From NCBI GenBank assembly GCA_029261165.1, contig JAJDBV010000001.1, forward strand, positions 62,569-126,568: 64,000 nucleotides of DNA, in the 5' to 3' direction. The translations under genes were made by a program, and so were the position numbers. This DNA is from Nitrospirota bacterium. GTDB taxonomy: Bacteria > Nitrospirota > Nitrospiria > SBBL01 > JAADHI01. Below the pieces are notes generated by a model. The model saw only the letters and a program-made list of their open reading frames with translations, was not told where the DNA came from and did no database searches. Shown here piece by piece: positions 8,867 through 19,183 of this stretch (positions are counted from its first letter, which is position 1; the number at the start of each line of letters is the position of its first letter).

Positions 8867-9196
8867 ATGGAAAGATTCAAAAAGAGGTGCCGCCGTTTTT
8901 TTAATAAAAGGAATCAAACCGTCATGCTGTCCGTGCTGTTTTTGTTGATCTTCAGCACGGCCGCCATGGCGATTGTCGCCCCTACCGCAGGGTCGTTCGC
9001 CTACGACGCCTACGATATCGGGGTCAACAAGATCCTGAAAGGTCCGATCGGATTCATTTTAGGCGTGCTCGCCATCGGCTTCGGGGCCTGGGCCGCCATC
9101 CGGACGGAAATCATCATGGCCATCTCGGCCGTGCTTGGCGGGGCCATCCTCTTGAAGGCCGACACGATCGTCGCAAGCCTGGGAATGATTATCTGA
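8867..9196 (+). CDS. traA: TraA-like propilin
   Basis: 109 aa from ATG 8867 (AGGAGA 8 nt upstream). The basic leader ends in AAMA, as in the F TraA leader (LAMA cleavage site). It is followed by two hydrophobic helices. The longer track ORF (8669) overlaps dsbC and is rejected. Confidence 0.6.
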   Translation: MERFKKRCRRFFNKRNQTVMLSVLFLLIFSTAAMAIVAPTAGSFAYDAYDIGVNKILKGPIGFILGVLAIGFGAWAAIRTEIIMAISAVLGGAILLKADTIVASLGMII

Positions 9197-9202
9197 CGCC
9201 CG

Positions 9203-9271
9203 CTCTGCGGCCGTCGCCTTAGAAGCCCTCAGGATCCTCCCGCTTGAGGGGGAAGGGTTGCGGCCGCAGAG
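9203..9271 (+). repeat. Long hairpin directly after the pilin gene (possible attenuator/RNA stabiliser)
   Basis: CTCTGCGGCCG (9203-9213) pairs perfectly with CGGCCGCAGAG (9261-9271). An inner imperfect stem pairs CCTCAGG with CTTGAGG. No U-tract follows. Confidence 0.5.
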
Positions 9272-9287
9272 AATGGAGGAGTAGGGA

Positions 9288-9557
9288 ATGGAACAACATC
9301 GTTTTCCGACCTATCTATCAAGCCCTTTTCAGATCCTCTGGCTTGAAGCGGACGAACTTGTTTTTGTCATCATCTTTTACGTGCTGTCCTTGATGTTCGG
9401 GCGGGTCTTCATCCCCTTCATCATCATAGGACCTTGGATTTATGCGTCGATCAAGAAGAAACATCCGAGGGGTTTTTTGAAGCATCGTTTTTACATGATC
9501 GGTCTGGCCAGGCTGAAGGGCTATCCCATCTATTTTGAAAAGGAATTTCAGGAGTAG
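9288..9557 (+). CDS. traL: TraL-like pilus assembly protein
   Basis: 89 aa. The RFP..L...ILWLEADEL N-terminus plus TM helices match TraL. Position is immediately upstream of traE. Confidence 0.7.
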   Translation: MEQHRFPTYLSSPFQILWLEADELVFVIIFYVLSLMFGRVFIPFIIIGPWIYASIKKKHPRGFLKHRFYMIGLARLKGYPIYFEKEFQE

Positions 9558-9566
9558 GGATCCAAT

Positions 9567-10118
9567 ATGAAAATCGAAACCTACATGAACCGGGTATCGA
9601 ACACCTTTGCAGAAAACAGGATCTTGAAGTTTTTTGTCCTGGTGATCGGCGTGACCGTTTTCTGGAACACGATCCAGATCGAGAAGGCCTTGAACGCGCA
9701 ACGAACGATTCTGATTCCGCCTGTCATGACCACCCGGTTGGAGATCAGTGGTGAGACGGCATCCGACCGGACAATCGACGCCTATGCCCGATATGTCATT
9801 TCACTGATCGGGAATTTTACTCCCGCAACGGCAAGGCGGCAGTTCGATTCCCTGTTGACCCTCTTTACGCCGGAGTCCTTCCAGAGATCCAAAATCTTGC
9901 TCTATGACCTTGCGGACCGGATCGAGACGACACAGGTCACCAATGCCTTTTTTATTCAACAGATCCTGGTCACACAAGCAAGAATCGAGGTCAGAGGCTT
10001 GAACAAGCAGTTTTCGGAGACGGCTTCGCTGGGTGAAATGAAGCGGACCTATCTGGTCGACTACAAAATCATCAACGGTCGGTTTTCCCTGATCGATATC
10101 AGCGAGAAACGCCTCTAA
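9567..10118 (+). CDS. traE: TraE-like pilus assembly protein
   Basis: 183 aa, single N-terminal TM helix, QRT..IPP motif region as in F TraE. Fits the conserved traL-E-K-B order. Confidence 0.8.
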   Translation: MKIETYMNRVSNTFAENRILKFFVLVIGVTVFWNTIQIEKALNAQRTILIPPVMTTRLEISGETASDRTIDAYARYVISLIGNFTPATARRQFDSLLTLFTPESFQRSKILLYDLADRIETTQVTNAFFIQQILVTQARIEVRGLNKQFSETASLGEMKRTYLVDYKIINGRFSLIDISEKRL

Positions 10119-10137
10119 AGGAGAAAGGAGCCTTTCC

Positions 10138-10914
10138 ATGTTGTTTGCCGTCATTTTATTGATCCTGGGTTTCACGGGTCCAAACGTGTTTGGCCAAGAG
10201 ATCCAACAGAACGTCCAGGGATCGACCGGGAATGTCCGTCTCCTCCCTGAAGTCGCCACGAAAGTGGCGCTGAGCAATAGCGATGTCAACCGGGTGATCT
10301 GCGCCGCAACCATTACGGATATCGTCTACTCGAAAGAGAAGGGGCTGACCGTTCATTACACGAAGAAGGACGCCTATCTCAAATTCGAGGTGGTCAAAGA
10401 GAACAACAAGATCCTCTACGCGTCGACCCCGACAGAGATCTATATCACCTGCGGCACGCAGGTCTACCACCTGATCGCCCTGCCGAAGCGCATCCCTTCT
10501 CTGACCATCCATCTGGCAAGCGGAAGCTCTGAAACCATCAAAGCAAACCGTTCCTTATTCCGTGGCCTGCCTTTCGAGGAAAAGATCCTCAAGCTCATCA
10601 AGGCGGTCTATACCGATGCCATCCCGAACAGCTTCACGATCCAGACCTCAGGAAAACCGATCCATCTCTTCCAAAATGTTTCCCTGACGCAGATCCGAAC
10701 GATCACGGTTGATGGCGAAGGATTGGTCATCAAGGAATACCGCATCGTCCCCAAAAACACCGAGACAAGCCTCAAGTTGAAAGAAAAGGATTTTCTGAGG
10801 AGTGAACTCGCACTCCGGCCGGTCGGCATCACGATCGACCGGCTCTCATTGAAGCCGGGGGAGACGGCAAGAATGCTGATCGTCGAACGGCGGGGAGGAC
10901 CGTTTTATGAATAA
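10138..10914 (+). CDS. traK: TraK-like (VirB9-like) secretin-type protein
   Basis: 258 aa, signal peptide, beta-rich. Fits the conserved position between traE and traB. Confidence 0.75.
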   Translation: MLFAVILLILGFTGPNVFGQEIQQNVQGSTGNVRLLPEVATKVALSNSDVNRVICAATITDIVYSKEKGLTVHYTKKDAYLKFEVVKENNKILYASTPTEIYITCGTQVYHLIALPKRIPSLTIHLASGSSETIKANRSLFRGLPFEEKILKLIKAVYTDAIPNSFTIQTSGKPIHLFQNVSLTQIRTITVDGEGLVIKEYRIVPKNTETSLKLKEKDFLRSELALRPVGITIDRLSLKPGETARMLIVERRGGPFYE

Positions 10915-12070
10915 ATTCACGAAATTCTGGAGCCAATTGAAACCGGGACAGAAACAGCGGACAGTCCTGATGCTGTTTCTCATCGCCATCATTCTCTTCT
11001 CGCTCTGGGCCTACCATGCAAGCCGTTCGTCCTCTTCAATCCCGCTTACGGAAGGGAAGCAAAAGGAGATCTCGCTTGATCCGAAGGTTCTGGAAAAAAC
11101 CATGGTCGAGGAGACCAAGAAAGCGACACGGGAACAAAATGCGAAACTGTTACAACTCACAAAAGAGATCGAAGCACTCAAAAGAGAGAAAGACATGCCG
11201 CAACCCGTGCCCCATCTACCGAATCAGAAAGCGCTTCCCATATCGCCGGGAAAACCGCTCAAGATGCCGCCGCCACCGGGACCCTTGTCCCTGTCACAAA
11301 CAAATACCCCGATCATCACCACGCGGGAGACGATCGGCCGGATCTCCGTCGCCTCCAACCCCTTCGCCGGGTCCATCTCAACAGAGGAAGACGGCAAAAA
11401 AAAGAAAGAACCCGACACCATCTATCTTCCCCCTTCCTTCATGGAAGCGACCTTATTGACCGGCCTCGATGCGGAGACGGTTGAATCGGCCAGGGGACAG
11501 CCCGAGCCGGTCCTGCTCCGGATCAGGGATCTCGCCGTTCTGCCGAACCGGATCAAGGCAAACCTGAAGGGCTGTTTTGTCATCGCGCACGGCTACGGAA
11601 AACTCTCAAAGGAGCGGGTGATGCTCCGCTTGGTCACCCTCTCCTGCCTGGCGAAAGACGGACAGGCGGTGATCGATCAGCCAATCAAGGGCTTCGTCGC
11701 GGATGAAGACGGCAAGAACGGCCTGAGAGGGAATGTCGTCTCCCGGATGGGGGCCTCGGTCGCCTATGCCACCCTTGCCGGTTTTGCCGGGGGCGCCGGC
11801 GACGCCTTTACGACCGCGTCGACCACGACGACGACCAGTCCCCTGGGTGCAACAGGCATCATCGCGCCGAAAGACCTCGGTAAGGCCGCGATCGGAGGAG
11901 GACTCTCCGGCGGAAGCAAGGAGATCCAGCGTCTCTTTCTCGACCTGGCCCGCCAGGCAACCCCGATCATCGAGATCGGCGCAACAAAAACAGTCACACT
12001 GATCATCACCGAAGGGGTCGAACTGAAGATCAAGGAGACCTGTATAGGAGGCGCAACATGCAAGGATTAA
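10907..12070 (+). CDS. traB: TraB-like (VirB10-like) protein
   Basis: 387 aa. N-terminal TM helix, coiled coil, proline-rich linker (PPPPGP), and a Gly/Ala/Thr-rich C-terminal beta domain, as in TraB/VirB10. Confidence 0.8.
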   Translation: MNKFTKFWSQLKPGQKQRTVLMLFLIAIILFSLWAYHASRSSSSIPLTEGKQKEISLDPKVLEKTMVEETKKATREQNAKLLQLTKEIEALKREKDMPQPVPHLPNQKALPISPGKPLKMPPPPGPLSLSQTNTPIITTRETIGRISVASNPFAGSISTEEDGKKKKEPDTIYLPPSFMEATLLTGLDAETVESARGQPEPVLLRIRDLAVLPNRIKANLKGCFVIAHGYGKLSKERVMLRLVTLSCLAKDGQAVIDQPIKGFVADEDGKNGLRGNVVSRMGASVAYATLAGFAGGAGDAFTTASTTTTTSPLGATGIIAPKDLGKAAIGGGLSGGSKEIQRLFLDLARQATPIIEIGATKTVTLIITEGVELKIKETCIGGATCKD

Positions 12071-12576
12071 AAACAATCGGAACCATGACTGTTCTTTTCA
12101 TGCTGAGCGGATGTGCGGCATTCACGCCGTATGAATCCAATTTTACCTGTCCTAAGACCTTCAACGGGAAATGTGTCTCGACAACGACCGCCTACAAGGA
12201 ATCCCTCGAAGGCCGAAGGAAGAATAGGTCTGAAGGGGGCCGTCCCGACAAAGGGTCTTCGGAGAACGAAGTGGCAGAGGATCAAGCGACCCCGTCCGAT
12301 TCAAAAAAAGGTTCCCCGGAACACACCTACTTCAATGCCCTCATCGATAAACTGACCGGAATTTTAAAAGAGCCGAAGGCCCCAGTGATCGCCCCGCCCC
12401 AGGTGCTTCGCATCCTGGTCCTGCCCTACCAGGGGGAAAATGCGGTGCTCTACATGCCGCGCTATATCTACCTGATCATCGATGATGCGCACTGGGTGCT
12501 CGGGAACCAGCTTTCGGAAAACAGCTCCGGAAAAGATGAAACCAAGTCGGGAAAACGATCATTCCCCTTACGCTGA
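12058..12576 (+). CDS. traV: TraV-like outer-membrane lipoprotein
   Basis: Lipobox LSGC followed by FTCP...GKC, the conserved cysteines seen in F TraV. Position is between traB and traC. Confidence 0.7.
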   Translation: MQGLKTIGTMTVLFMLSGCAAFTPYESNFTCPKTFNGKCVSTTTAYKESLEGRRKNRSEGGRPDKGSSENEVAEDQATPSDSKKGSPEHTYFNALIDKLTGILKEPKAPVIAPPQVLRILVLPYQGENAVLYMPRYIYLIIDDAHWVLGNQLSENSSGKDETKSGKRSFPLR

Positions 12577-12587
12577 AGGAAGCTTGC

Positions 12588-15077
12588 ATGAGAATTCCAA
12601 ACCTCTTCAATATCTTCGGATCAAACGGCGGCCTGATGGTCTCGGAACTTGAATCGCTCTCGACACGAAACAAGTTTTCAGACTACCTGCCTTGGCTGGC
12701 CTACGACCCCGAGACAAGGCGCTACATCAATACGGACGGCACGGAGGGCTACCTCTGGGAATGTACGCCCTTGGCCTTTGCCGGTCTCAAGTCCCAACAG
12801 ACCTTGAAAAACCTGATCCAGTTCCCGATGCCGGAAGGGACCATCCTGCAATTCATCCTCTATGCGGACGACGACATTGCTCCCTTCCTTTCCCACTTCC
12901 GTGCCTCGAAACTTCGGGATATTCCGATCGTCCGGAAGACGACGGACACCTTCTGCGACTTCCTGAACAGGGGAACCGGCGGAATGAAGAGCCTCTCCGG
13001 CATCCCCATCCGGAACTTCAGGCTTTTTATTTCGATCAAGTTTCCGGCAGTCAGAAAATCACGCGCTTTAAATGAACTCGATGAGATCAAGAAATCAATC
13101 GAAGAGACTCTTCACGGCGCCTCCCTCTTCCCGGAGCCTCTCCCTCCGGAGCGGTTGATCGACTGGATGTGGCGCTTATTCAATCAGTCGGAACATCACG
13201 GTCAGTATGCGGAAGGCCTGCCGATCCGGAAGCAGATCATCTCCTCCGAAACCGCGATCCGGCACAACCCGTCAAACCTGGCCATCGGGGAGAACACCTT
13301 CCGATGCACGACACCGAAGATCTTTCCGAAGCATGTCGACCTCCTCATGACCAATCAACTCTTCGGCGGCTGCTGGGGCGGCGGCTCGGACGGCGACCAG
13401 ATCAAGACCCCGTTTTTATATACCTTGAACATCATCTTCCATGACCAGAAGACGGCGCTCCATAAAAAATGCAATCTCATCCTGATGCAGAAAGGGGTCG
13501 GCAGCTTCGCCCTCTCTCTGGCTCGGAAACAGGATGAATTCCAGTGGGCTACCGATGCGCTCGAAAAGGGGACCCGCTTCCTGCAGATTCTGCCGACCCT
13601 CTGGGTCTGGCACAAGGATGATCAGGTCGCCGCGGAGGCGATCACCCGGGCGAAACGGATCTGGGAATCCCACGATTTCGTGATGCAGGAAGATAGGGGG
13701 ATCCTGCCGGTCCTCTTCACCAGCGCCCTCCCCTTCGGCCTCTATGACAAGGGGAACAATATCGACCTGATCGACCGGGATTTCATCGCACCGGCCGATG
13801 CCATCACCTCGCTCCTGCCGATCCAGTCCGATTTCTCAGGAGGCGGGCGGCCCATCATCGTCTTCAGCGGCCGGAAGGGCCAGATCTGCGGCCTCGACAT
13901 CTTCGACAAACATGCCAACAACCACAACTGCCTCGTCTCGGCCACGAGCGGATCGGGAAAGTCTTTTTTCGTGAACTACCTCGTCTACAACTACTTCGGG
14001 AGCGATTCGATCATCCGGATCATCGATATCGGGGGTTCCTACAAGAAACTGGCAAAGATGTTCAAGGGCGTCTATCTCGACTTCGGAAACGACTCCAAGG
14101 CCTGTCTCAACCCCTTCAGCAATATCCGGGATTTCAAGGAAGACATCTCCGTCATCGCCGCGATCATCCTCCAGATGACCTTCTCCGCAACCGGGACGGT
14201 CCCGCGGGACAATGCCGAGACGATCATGACCCTGATCAAGTCGGCGGCGACATGGGCCTATGAGGAACAGCCCAAGAATCACCATCATATCGATCTTGTC
14301 TATGAGTACCTGAAGACCTTTCCGGAGCATGCAGGCCATCTCGATCTCGACCTGGAAGGCCTGGTCTCCTTGTCTCGGACGCTCGCATTCAACCTGATGG
14401 AATTCACGACCCATGGGAACTACGGCCGATGGGTCAACGGCAAATCGACCCTTGATATTTCAAATGACGAGTTTGTCGTGCTGGAACTCGAGCATCTCAA
14501 GGCGCAAAAAGAACTCTTCAAGGTCATCACGCTCCAGGTCGTGAACGCCGTCACGCAGGATCTCTATCTCTCCGACAAGTCCAGAAGGCGACTGATCAAC
14601 TTCGATGAAGGCTGGCAGTTCATCGGGGCAGGGGGCGAGATGATGGCCCTGGAGGAGGTCATCGAAGGGGGTTATCGGCGGGCAAGGAAATATGGCGGGA
14701 GCTTCAACGTCATCACGCAATCGCCCCTTGATCTCAAGATGTTCGGCAGTGTCGGAGAGGTCATCAGCGCCAACTCCGCCTTTAAATTCTTCCTGGAATC
14801 CCCCGATTTTGAAAAGGCGCACCAGGAACAATTGATCGACTACGATCCCTTCACGATGAAACTTTTAAAAAGTACAAAGAGCAGGAAACCCTACTACTCG
14901 GAAATATTTATGGACACCCCCTTCGGTAAGGGCGTGGGACGGCTGGTCGTCGATCCCTTCTCCTACTATGTCTACACCTCGGACGGCGCCGAGGTTGCCG
15001 AAATCGAGTCGCTGGTTTCACAAGGTTACCCCTATGAGCATGCAATTGAAATGTTGGTTGAAAAATATCATCGGTGA
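12588..15077 (+). CDS. traC: TraC (VirB4-family) T4SS ATPase
   Basis: 829 aa, Walker A SGSGKS, Walker B-like LINFDEGW. Size and position are typical of F-type TraC. Confidence 0.9.
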   Translation: MRIPNLFNIFGSNGGLMVSELESLSTRNKFSDYLPWLAYDPETRRYINTDGTEGYLWECTPLAFAGLKSQQTLKNLIQFPMPEGTILQFILYADDDIAPFLSHFRASKLRDIPIVRKTTDTFCDFLNRGTGGMKSLSGIPIRNFRLFISIKFPAVRKSRALNELDEIKKSIEETLHGASLFPEPLPPERLIDWMWRLFNQSEHHGQYAEGLPIRKQIISSETAIRHNPSNLAIGENTFRCTTPKIFPKHVDLLMTNQLFGGCWGGGSDGDQIKTPFLYTLNIIFHDQKTALHKKCNLILMQKGVGSFALSLARKQDEFQWATDALEKGTRFLQILPTLWVWHKDDQVAAEAITRAKRIWESHDFVMQEDRGILPVLFTSALPFGLYDKGNNIDLIDRDFIAPADAITSLLPIQSDFSGGGRPIIVFSGRKGQICGLDIFDKHANNHNCLVSATSGSGKSFFVNYLVYNYFGSDSIIRIIDIGGSYKKLAKMFKGVYLDFGNDSKACLNPFSNIRDFKEDISVIAAIILQMTFSATGTVPRDNAETIMTLIKSAATWAYEEQPKNHHHIDLVYEYLKTFPEHAGHLDLDLEGLVSLSRTLAFNLMEFTTHGNYGRWVNGKSTLDISNDEFVVLELEHLKAQKELFKVITLQVVNAVTQDLYLSDKSRRRLINFDEGWQFIGAGGEMMALEEVIEGGYRRARKYGGSFNVITQSPLDLKMFGSVGEVISANSAFKFFLESPDFEKAHQEQLIDYDPFTMKLLKSTKSRKPYYSEIFMDTPFGKGVGRLVVDPFSYYVYTSDGAEVAEIESLVSQGYPYEHAIEMLVEKYHR

Positions 15078-17514
15078 TGTCGTGGCACCCGGCATGGTCG
15101 TCCTGTCACTCTCGACACCGGCCTTCTCCGCCGCCCCCGATCCCGGTCAGGCGGGAAGCGATCTGGGGAAGTGGGTCCTGGAGCGCCTTGGCTCGACCGA
15201 TGGGATCAGGGAGCGGAGCGCCAAGCCGCTCACGAACAACGATACCCCCATGAAAAGCCTGGACGATGCGACATCATTCGATGCCCAGCTTTCCTGTCCT
15301 TCCTCGAATCGTTTCTTGAAGGTAACAGCGGCTGCGGATGGTGGGACAGGAGACCTCTTTCCCTTGACCGTCGAAGTCGATCAGGACATGGATGACATGA
15401 TCGATTACACCTACAGCTTTCCCTTTCCGGTTTCAGGGGTCTGCGCCAACGGCGTGATTGCATGCGACGTCGGCACGTGGAGCGGCTGCAATTATTACAA
15501 ATGGGCGGCAGACAGCAATACAAAAGTAAGCCTACAGTCCGTCTTTATGACCGAACTGGAAGGCTGTTACTGTGTCAACAATAGCTGCGGAGGACCTTCC
15601 GCGACAACCCTTTCTAGAATACTTGATGACTTAGGCGGCGGTGTCGCCGCTGCAATCCAGACGCTTGACCCGAAGTACGCCATCTCGGATGTGAAGATTG
15701 CCGGATCGTCGATCAACTTTTATGGGCAAGGTTCCGCCGCTTGCTCTGCCGTGCCTCTCGTAAGCGGATCAGTCAATCCAGAACAGTACTTCGGATCTCC
15801 TGCCGGTCTTCCAACCGATACTGCAAGCGAAGTGACCAGCCAGTCCGGGGATCCCGACAGCTTCTATAATCTCATGGCCGGTTCTTTGGCTGCCGGGACG
15901 GCCGCCTCGGCTTATCCGGCATGTGCCATCGACCGCGTGATCACGGTGACCACGACAACCAACACCCTGAACAACAGTGGCTCAGGGACGATCTGCAATG
16001 ATCATTTCATCTATGCCAGGATTTATGAAGCAAATCCGACCACGTTTCATCTCCAGCTCCTCGATACGAGCCCGGGTGGATTTCCGCATTGGAACTGCGG
16101 CGGCCCCGGAACAGGCGGTGGCATCGGCGACTGGCATACGTTGGAGATTGTCACTCTCCCCGCTCCCCCGACCTCTTTCAGCTTCTCAATCAATGCGAGT
16201 GGCGGTGGATGCAGCACGACATCGACCTCGACGGTCTCGACATCCAATACGCCTCTGAATGTGATTACTTGCAGCGCCGGCGGCGCACAGTTCCCGAACT
16301 ATACCTATAGTTACCTATTCAATTACACAAAGGATGATCTGATAGAAGTGATCAACGACACCTGTACCGGATTGGAAGCCGATTCGAAATGTCAGTTGAA
16401 AGAGGAGTCGGTTGACGGTGTCAGGACCTACGCCGCTTACAATCCGACAGGGCTTTCTCCTCTGGCATCCTGTAAAAACTTTACCGGCGCGGTCGGGACC
16501 TATACCAAATGCAGGGACTGGTGGGAGAAGGACCGGACCTACCGTTGTGAAACAGATACGACTTACGACTTCAGCGATGCGCAAAAAAGGATGGAGGTCG
16601 TCACCGGTAATGTGATCAACAACCCGACCGATCTCTACTACGAAGATCTCAGAAAAGAACCCGAAGGTACATGGATCTCTGAGAACAACACCGTCGGACT
16701 TCCGCCGACTGCCCCGGCCTCCGACTGCGAAATGTCCTGCAAGACGAGTAAACCGTCCATTGATACCGATGCCTCGCTCAGTGGGAATACCTCACAGTTT
16801 CGGACCTCCACCAGCAGTACCGATTTCTTCTACAAGTCGTGTCCGATTGTCTCAGGCGCTCCGACCTGTCCCCTCGATCCGGGTGAGACCCTGGTGCGTG
16901 ATTGCCAATGCCAGGATGATTTTTCCGAGGCCGCATCCCAGATGGAGGTGCTCAAATCGGCGGGAGAAAATATGAGCTGTGACGGAACAACCGATCCGAG
17001 CACGGGACTCTGCACCGGTCAGATCAAGATCTTCGAGGGCAAGGGGGCGAGCTGCCGGCCGTCCGGTGCGGAAACCACCTTCTTCAACTGCTGCAGCAAC
17101 GGTTCTTCATCCATCGTCGACTTTTTAAAATACTGCAAGACATCTGAGAAAGAATTAAACGACGCGAGGGATCAAGGCCGGACACATGAGATCGGGAAAC
17201 GCTGCATCAAAAAGATCCCTCTGATCGGCTGCGTTCAAAAAGAGCGGGTCTATTGTTCATTCAATGGAAAACTCGGCCGGATCGTCCAGGAGCAGGGACG
17301 CCCGCAACTGAAAACCTTCGGACCCAGTGGCAATTGGGGATCGCCGGGTGCCCCGAACTGCACCGGGTTTTCACCGGAAGACTTTCAAATGATCGACTTC
17401 GGTCAAATCGACCTTTCGGATTACTTCGGCGACATCACGACCAAAAACCAGGGCCAGATGGAAACCGAGATGGGAAACGAAATCAATGACTTTTATAACG
17501 ACTTACGGCCTTAA
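15034..17514 (+). CDS. traN: TraN-like cysteine-rich mating-pair stabilisation protein
   Basis: About 826 aa from ATG 15034, with a signal peptide and many cysteines. The conserved TraN C-terminus is present (FFNCCS...YCSFNGKLGRIVQEQGRPQL...CTGFSPEDFQMIDFGQIDLSDYF). Confidence 0.8.
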   Translation: MSMQLKCWLKNIIGDVVAPGMVVLSLSTPAFSAAPDPGQAGSDLGKWVLERLGSTDGIRERSAKPLTNNDTPMKSLDDATSFDAQLSCPSSNRFLKVTAAADGGTGDLFPLTVEVDQDMDDMIDYTYSFPFPVSGVCANGVIACDVGTWSGCNYYKWAADSNTKVSLQSVFMTELEGCYCVNNSCGGPSATTLSRILDDLGGGVAAAIQTLDPKYAISDVKIAGSSINFYGQGSAACSAVPLVSGSVNPEQYFGSPAGLPTDTASEVTSQSGDPDSFYNLMAGSLAAGTAASAYPACAIDRVITVTTTTNTLNNSGSGTICNDHFIYARIYEANPTTFHLQLLDTSPGGFPHWNCGGPGTGGGIGDWHTLEIVTLPAPPTSFSFSINASGGGCSTTSTSTVSTSNTPLNVITCSAGGAQFPNYTYSYLFNYTKDDLIEVINDTCTGLEADSKCQLKEESVDGVRTYAAYNPTGLSPLASCKNFTGAVGTYTKCRDWWEKDRTYRCETDTTYDFSDAQKRMEVVTGNVINNPTDLYYEDLRKEPEGTWISENNTVGLPPTAPASDCEMSCKTSKPSIDTDASLSGNTSQFRTSTSSTDFFYKSCPIVSGAPTCPLDPGETLVRDCQCQDDFSEAASQMEVLKSAGENMSCDGTTDPSTGLCTGQIKIFEGKGASCRPSGAETTFFNCCSNGSSSIVDFLKYCKTSEKELNDARDQGRTHEIGKRCIKKIPLIGCVQKERVYCSFNGKLGRIVQEQGRPQLKTFGPSGNWGSPGAPNCTGFSPEDFQMIDFGQIDLSDYFGDITTKNQGQMETEMGNEINDFYNDLRP

Positions 17515-18178
17515 GGGTCGAGACAAGGTGAAAGGGCTGAACTGGAATCCAGCAGCAGTCTTTTTAGCCCTTTTCTCCGTGTTCTTGATGATTGCCGGTT
17601 TGCCGGAAACGTCCCTTGCGAAAGACCTTGGGACCTTCGGGGCGACCTATCCCATTGCAGAGCCGGACGCCCTCGATGAAATCGAGCGCCGCGTAAAAGA
17701 GGTCGATTGGAGTCAGGTCATCAACAAGAAAAACCTGGAAAAGGCCGTGAACGCTTACCGGCCCTCCGACCTGAAAAAGATCGGACGGGCCGAAAGAGAC
17801 CGGATCTTCAATGTCAATATGGCCTACACCCTGCAATTGGACATCCCCGATGGGAAGGGAGGCATCCTTTATCCACGTGGATACCGCTTCAACCCGCTTG
17901 AATATATCCATCTTCCAAATATTATCGTCATCATCAACGGGGATGATCCGGAACAGGTCGCCTGGTTTCTATCCTCCCGTTACGCGGACAGTTTCAAGGT
18001 CTCCCTTCTTTTGACGGAGGGGGACTATGCGCAACTTTCAGAACAGTTCAACCGTGCCGTTTATTACGCCGATGGGCGCCTGTTGAAACGGCTTAACATA
18101 CAGGCGGTTCCGTCTGTGGCCATGCAGAAAGGGACCCTCATGGAGGTTAAGGAAATTGCGATTCCTCAAAATAAATAA
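17486..18178 (+). CDS. traW: TraW-like pilus assembly protein
   Basis: 230 aa, signal peptide, DLGTFGATYPIAEPD motif as in F TraW (DLGTWGDTWPVKEPD). Confidence 0.7.
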   Translation: MTFITTYGLKGRDKVKGLNWNPAAVFLALFSVFLMIAGLPETSLAKDLGTFGATYPIAEPDALDEIERRVKEVDWSQVINKKNLEKAVNAYRPSDLKKIGRAERDRIFNVNMAYTLQLDIPDGKGGILYPRGYRFNPLEYIHLPNIIVIINGDDPEQVAWFLSSRYADSFKVSLLLTEGDYAQLSEQFNRAVYYADGRLLKRLNIQAVPSVAMQKGTLMEVKEIAIPQNK

Positions 18179-18179
18179 G

Positions 18180-19175
18180 ATGGGACTCTGCTCACTGGTC
18201 TTGTTCGCCATCCTCTTCAGTGCCGGTAAAGCCGATGCAGTCGGCTACGGCACACCACTCAATCCGGTGACTGATATCTGCTGGAACTGTGTGTTTCCGA
18301 TCAAGATTGCGGGGGTTACGGTCGTGCCCGGTGATGTCATGGATGCTCCCGATCCTGCGGTTGGCCCCATCTGTGTCTGTCCGGCACCCCCGCCGATCTT
18401 TTTGAGACCGGGCATCCCGATCAGTTTCTGGGAACCGGCCCGCTTTGTCGAAACGGTCAAGGATCCATTTTACTTTCCGAGCTTGGGCATCACGATGGGC
18501 AATCCAAAACCGGGGTTTCTAGGCGGCACGCATTCAGAGATCGGAAGCAGCAACCTGATTGATACCTCGACTTTTGCACAGGCGCACTATTTTATCTTTC
18601 CCGCATGGGCCTTGATGGAACTGCTGGTCGACTTCGTCTGTGTGGAGAGCAGCGGCTTCGATCTCGCCTATCTGACCGAGGTCGATCCCTTGTGGAACAA
18701 CGACATGCTGGCGTTCATCATCAATCCGGAGGCCCTCCTGTTCGCCAATCCGGTCGCCCAGATGTCCTGCATCGCGGACAGCGTGGCCTCAAACGCGGGT
18801 CTGCCCCTCAGCGTCCTCTACTGGTGCATGGGATCGTGGGGGAGCGCCTATCCTCTTACAGGACATGTAAATGACGATGCCTACGTCCAGGCCAATGCGG
18901 CCATCGCCGCCCGGATGATCTACAAGCTCTCGCGGGAGATGCTGGTCTGCGATACCGGGATCAACTTATGCGGCTGTGTCCCCACACCGATCTGGGTCAA
19001 GCACAACTACCGTCTCCATATCGCAAAACCGGTTCGGGATTTCACCTGTCATCCGATCGGGAGATCGAGCATGATCTGGGGCCAGGCGAAGAATCCACCC
19101 TTTTCCGCCGGGCCGAATGCAAGCGACAACTTTTTATGGATGATCTTCAGGAAGAGGGCCTGCTGCGCCTTTTAG
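18180..19175 (+). CDS. traU: TraU-like protein
   Basis: Signal peptide from ATG 18180. The conserved NPVTDICWNCVFPIKIAG motif is characteristic of TraU. Confidence 0.85.
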   Translation: MGLCSLVLFAILFSAGKADAVGYGTPLNPVTDICWNCVFPIKIAGVTVVPGDVMDAPDPAVGPICVCPAPPPIFLRPGIPISFWEPARFVETVKDPFYFPSLGITMGNPKPGFLGGTHSEIGSSNLIDTSTFAQAHYFIFPAWALMELLVDFVCVESSGFDLAYLTEVDPLWNNDMLAFIINPEALLFANPVAQMSCIADSVASNAGLPLSVLYWCMGSWGSAYPLTGHVNDDAYVQANAAIAARMIYKLSREMLVCDTGINLCGCVPTPIWVKHNYRLHIAKPVRDFTCHPIGRSSMIWGQAKNPPFSAGPNASDNFLWMIFRKRACCAF

Positions 19176-19183
19176 GAGCTTTG

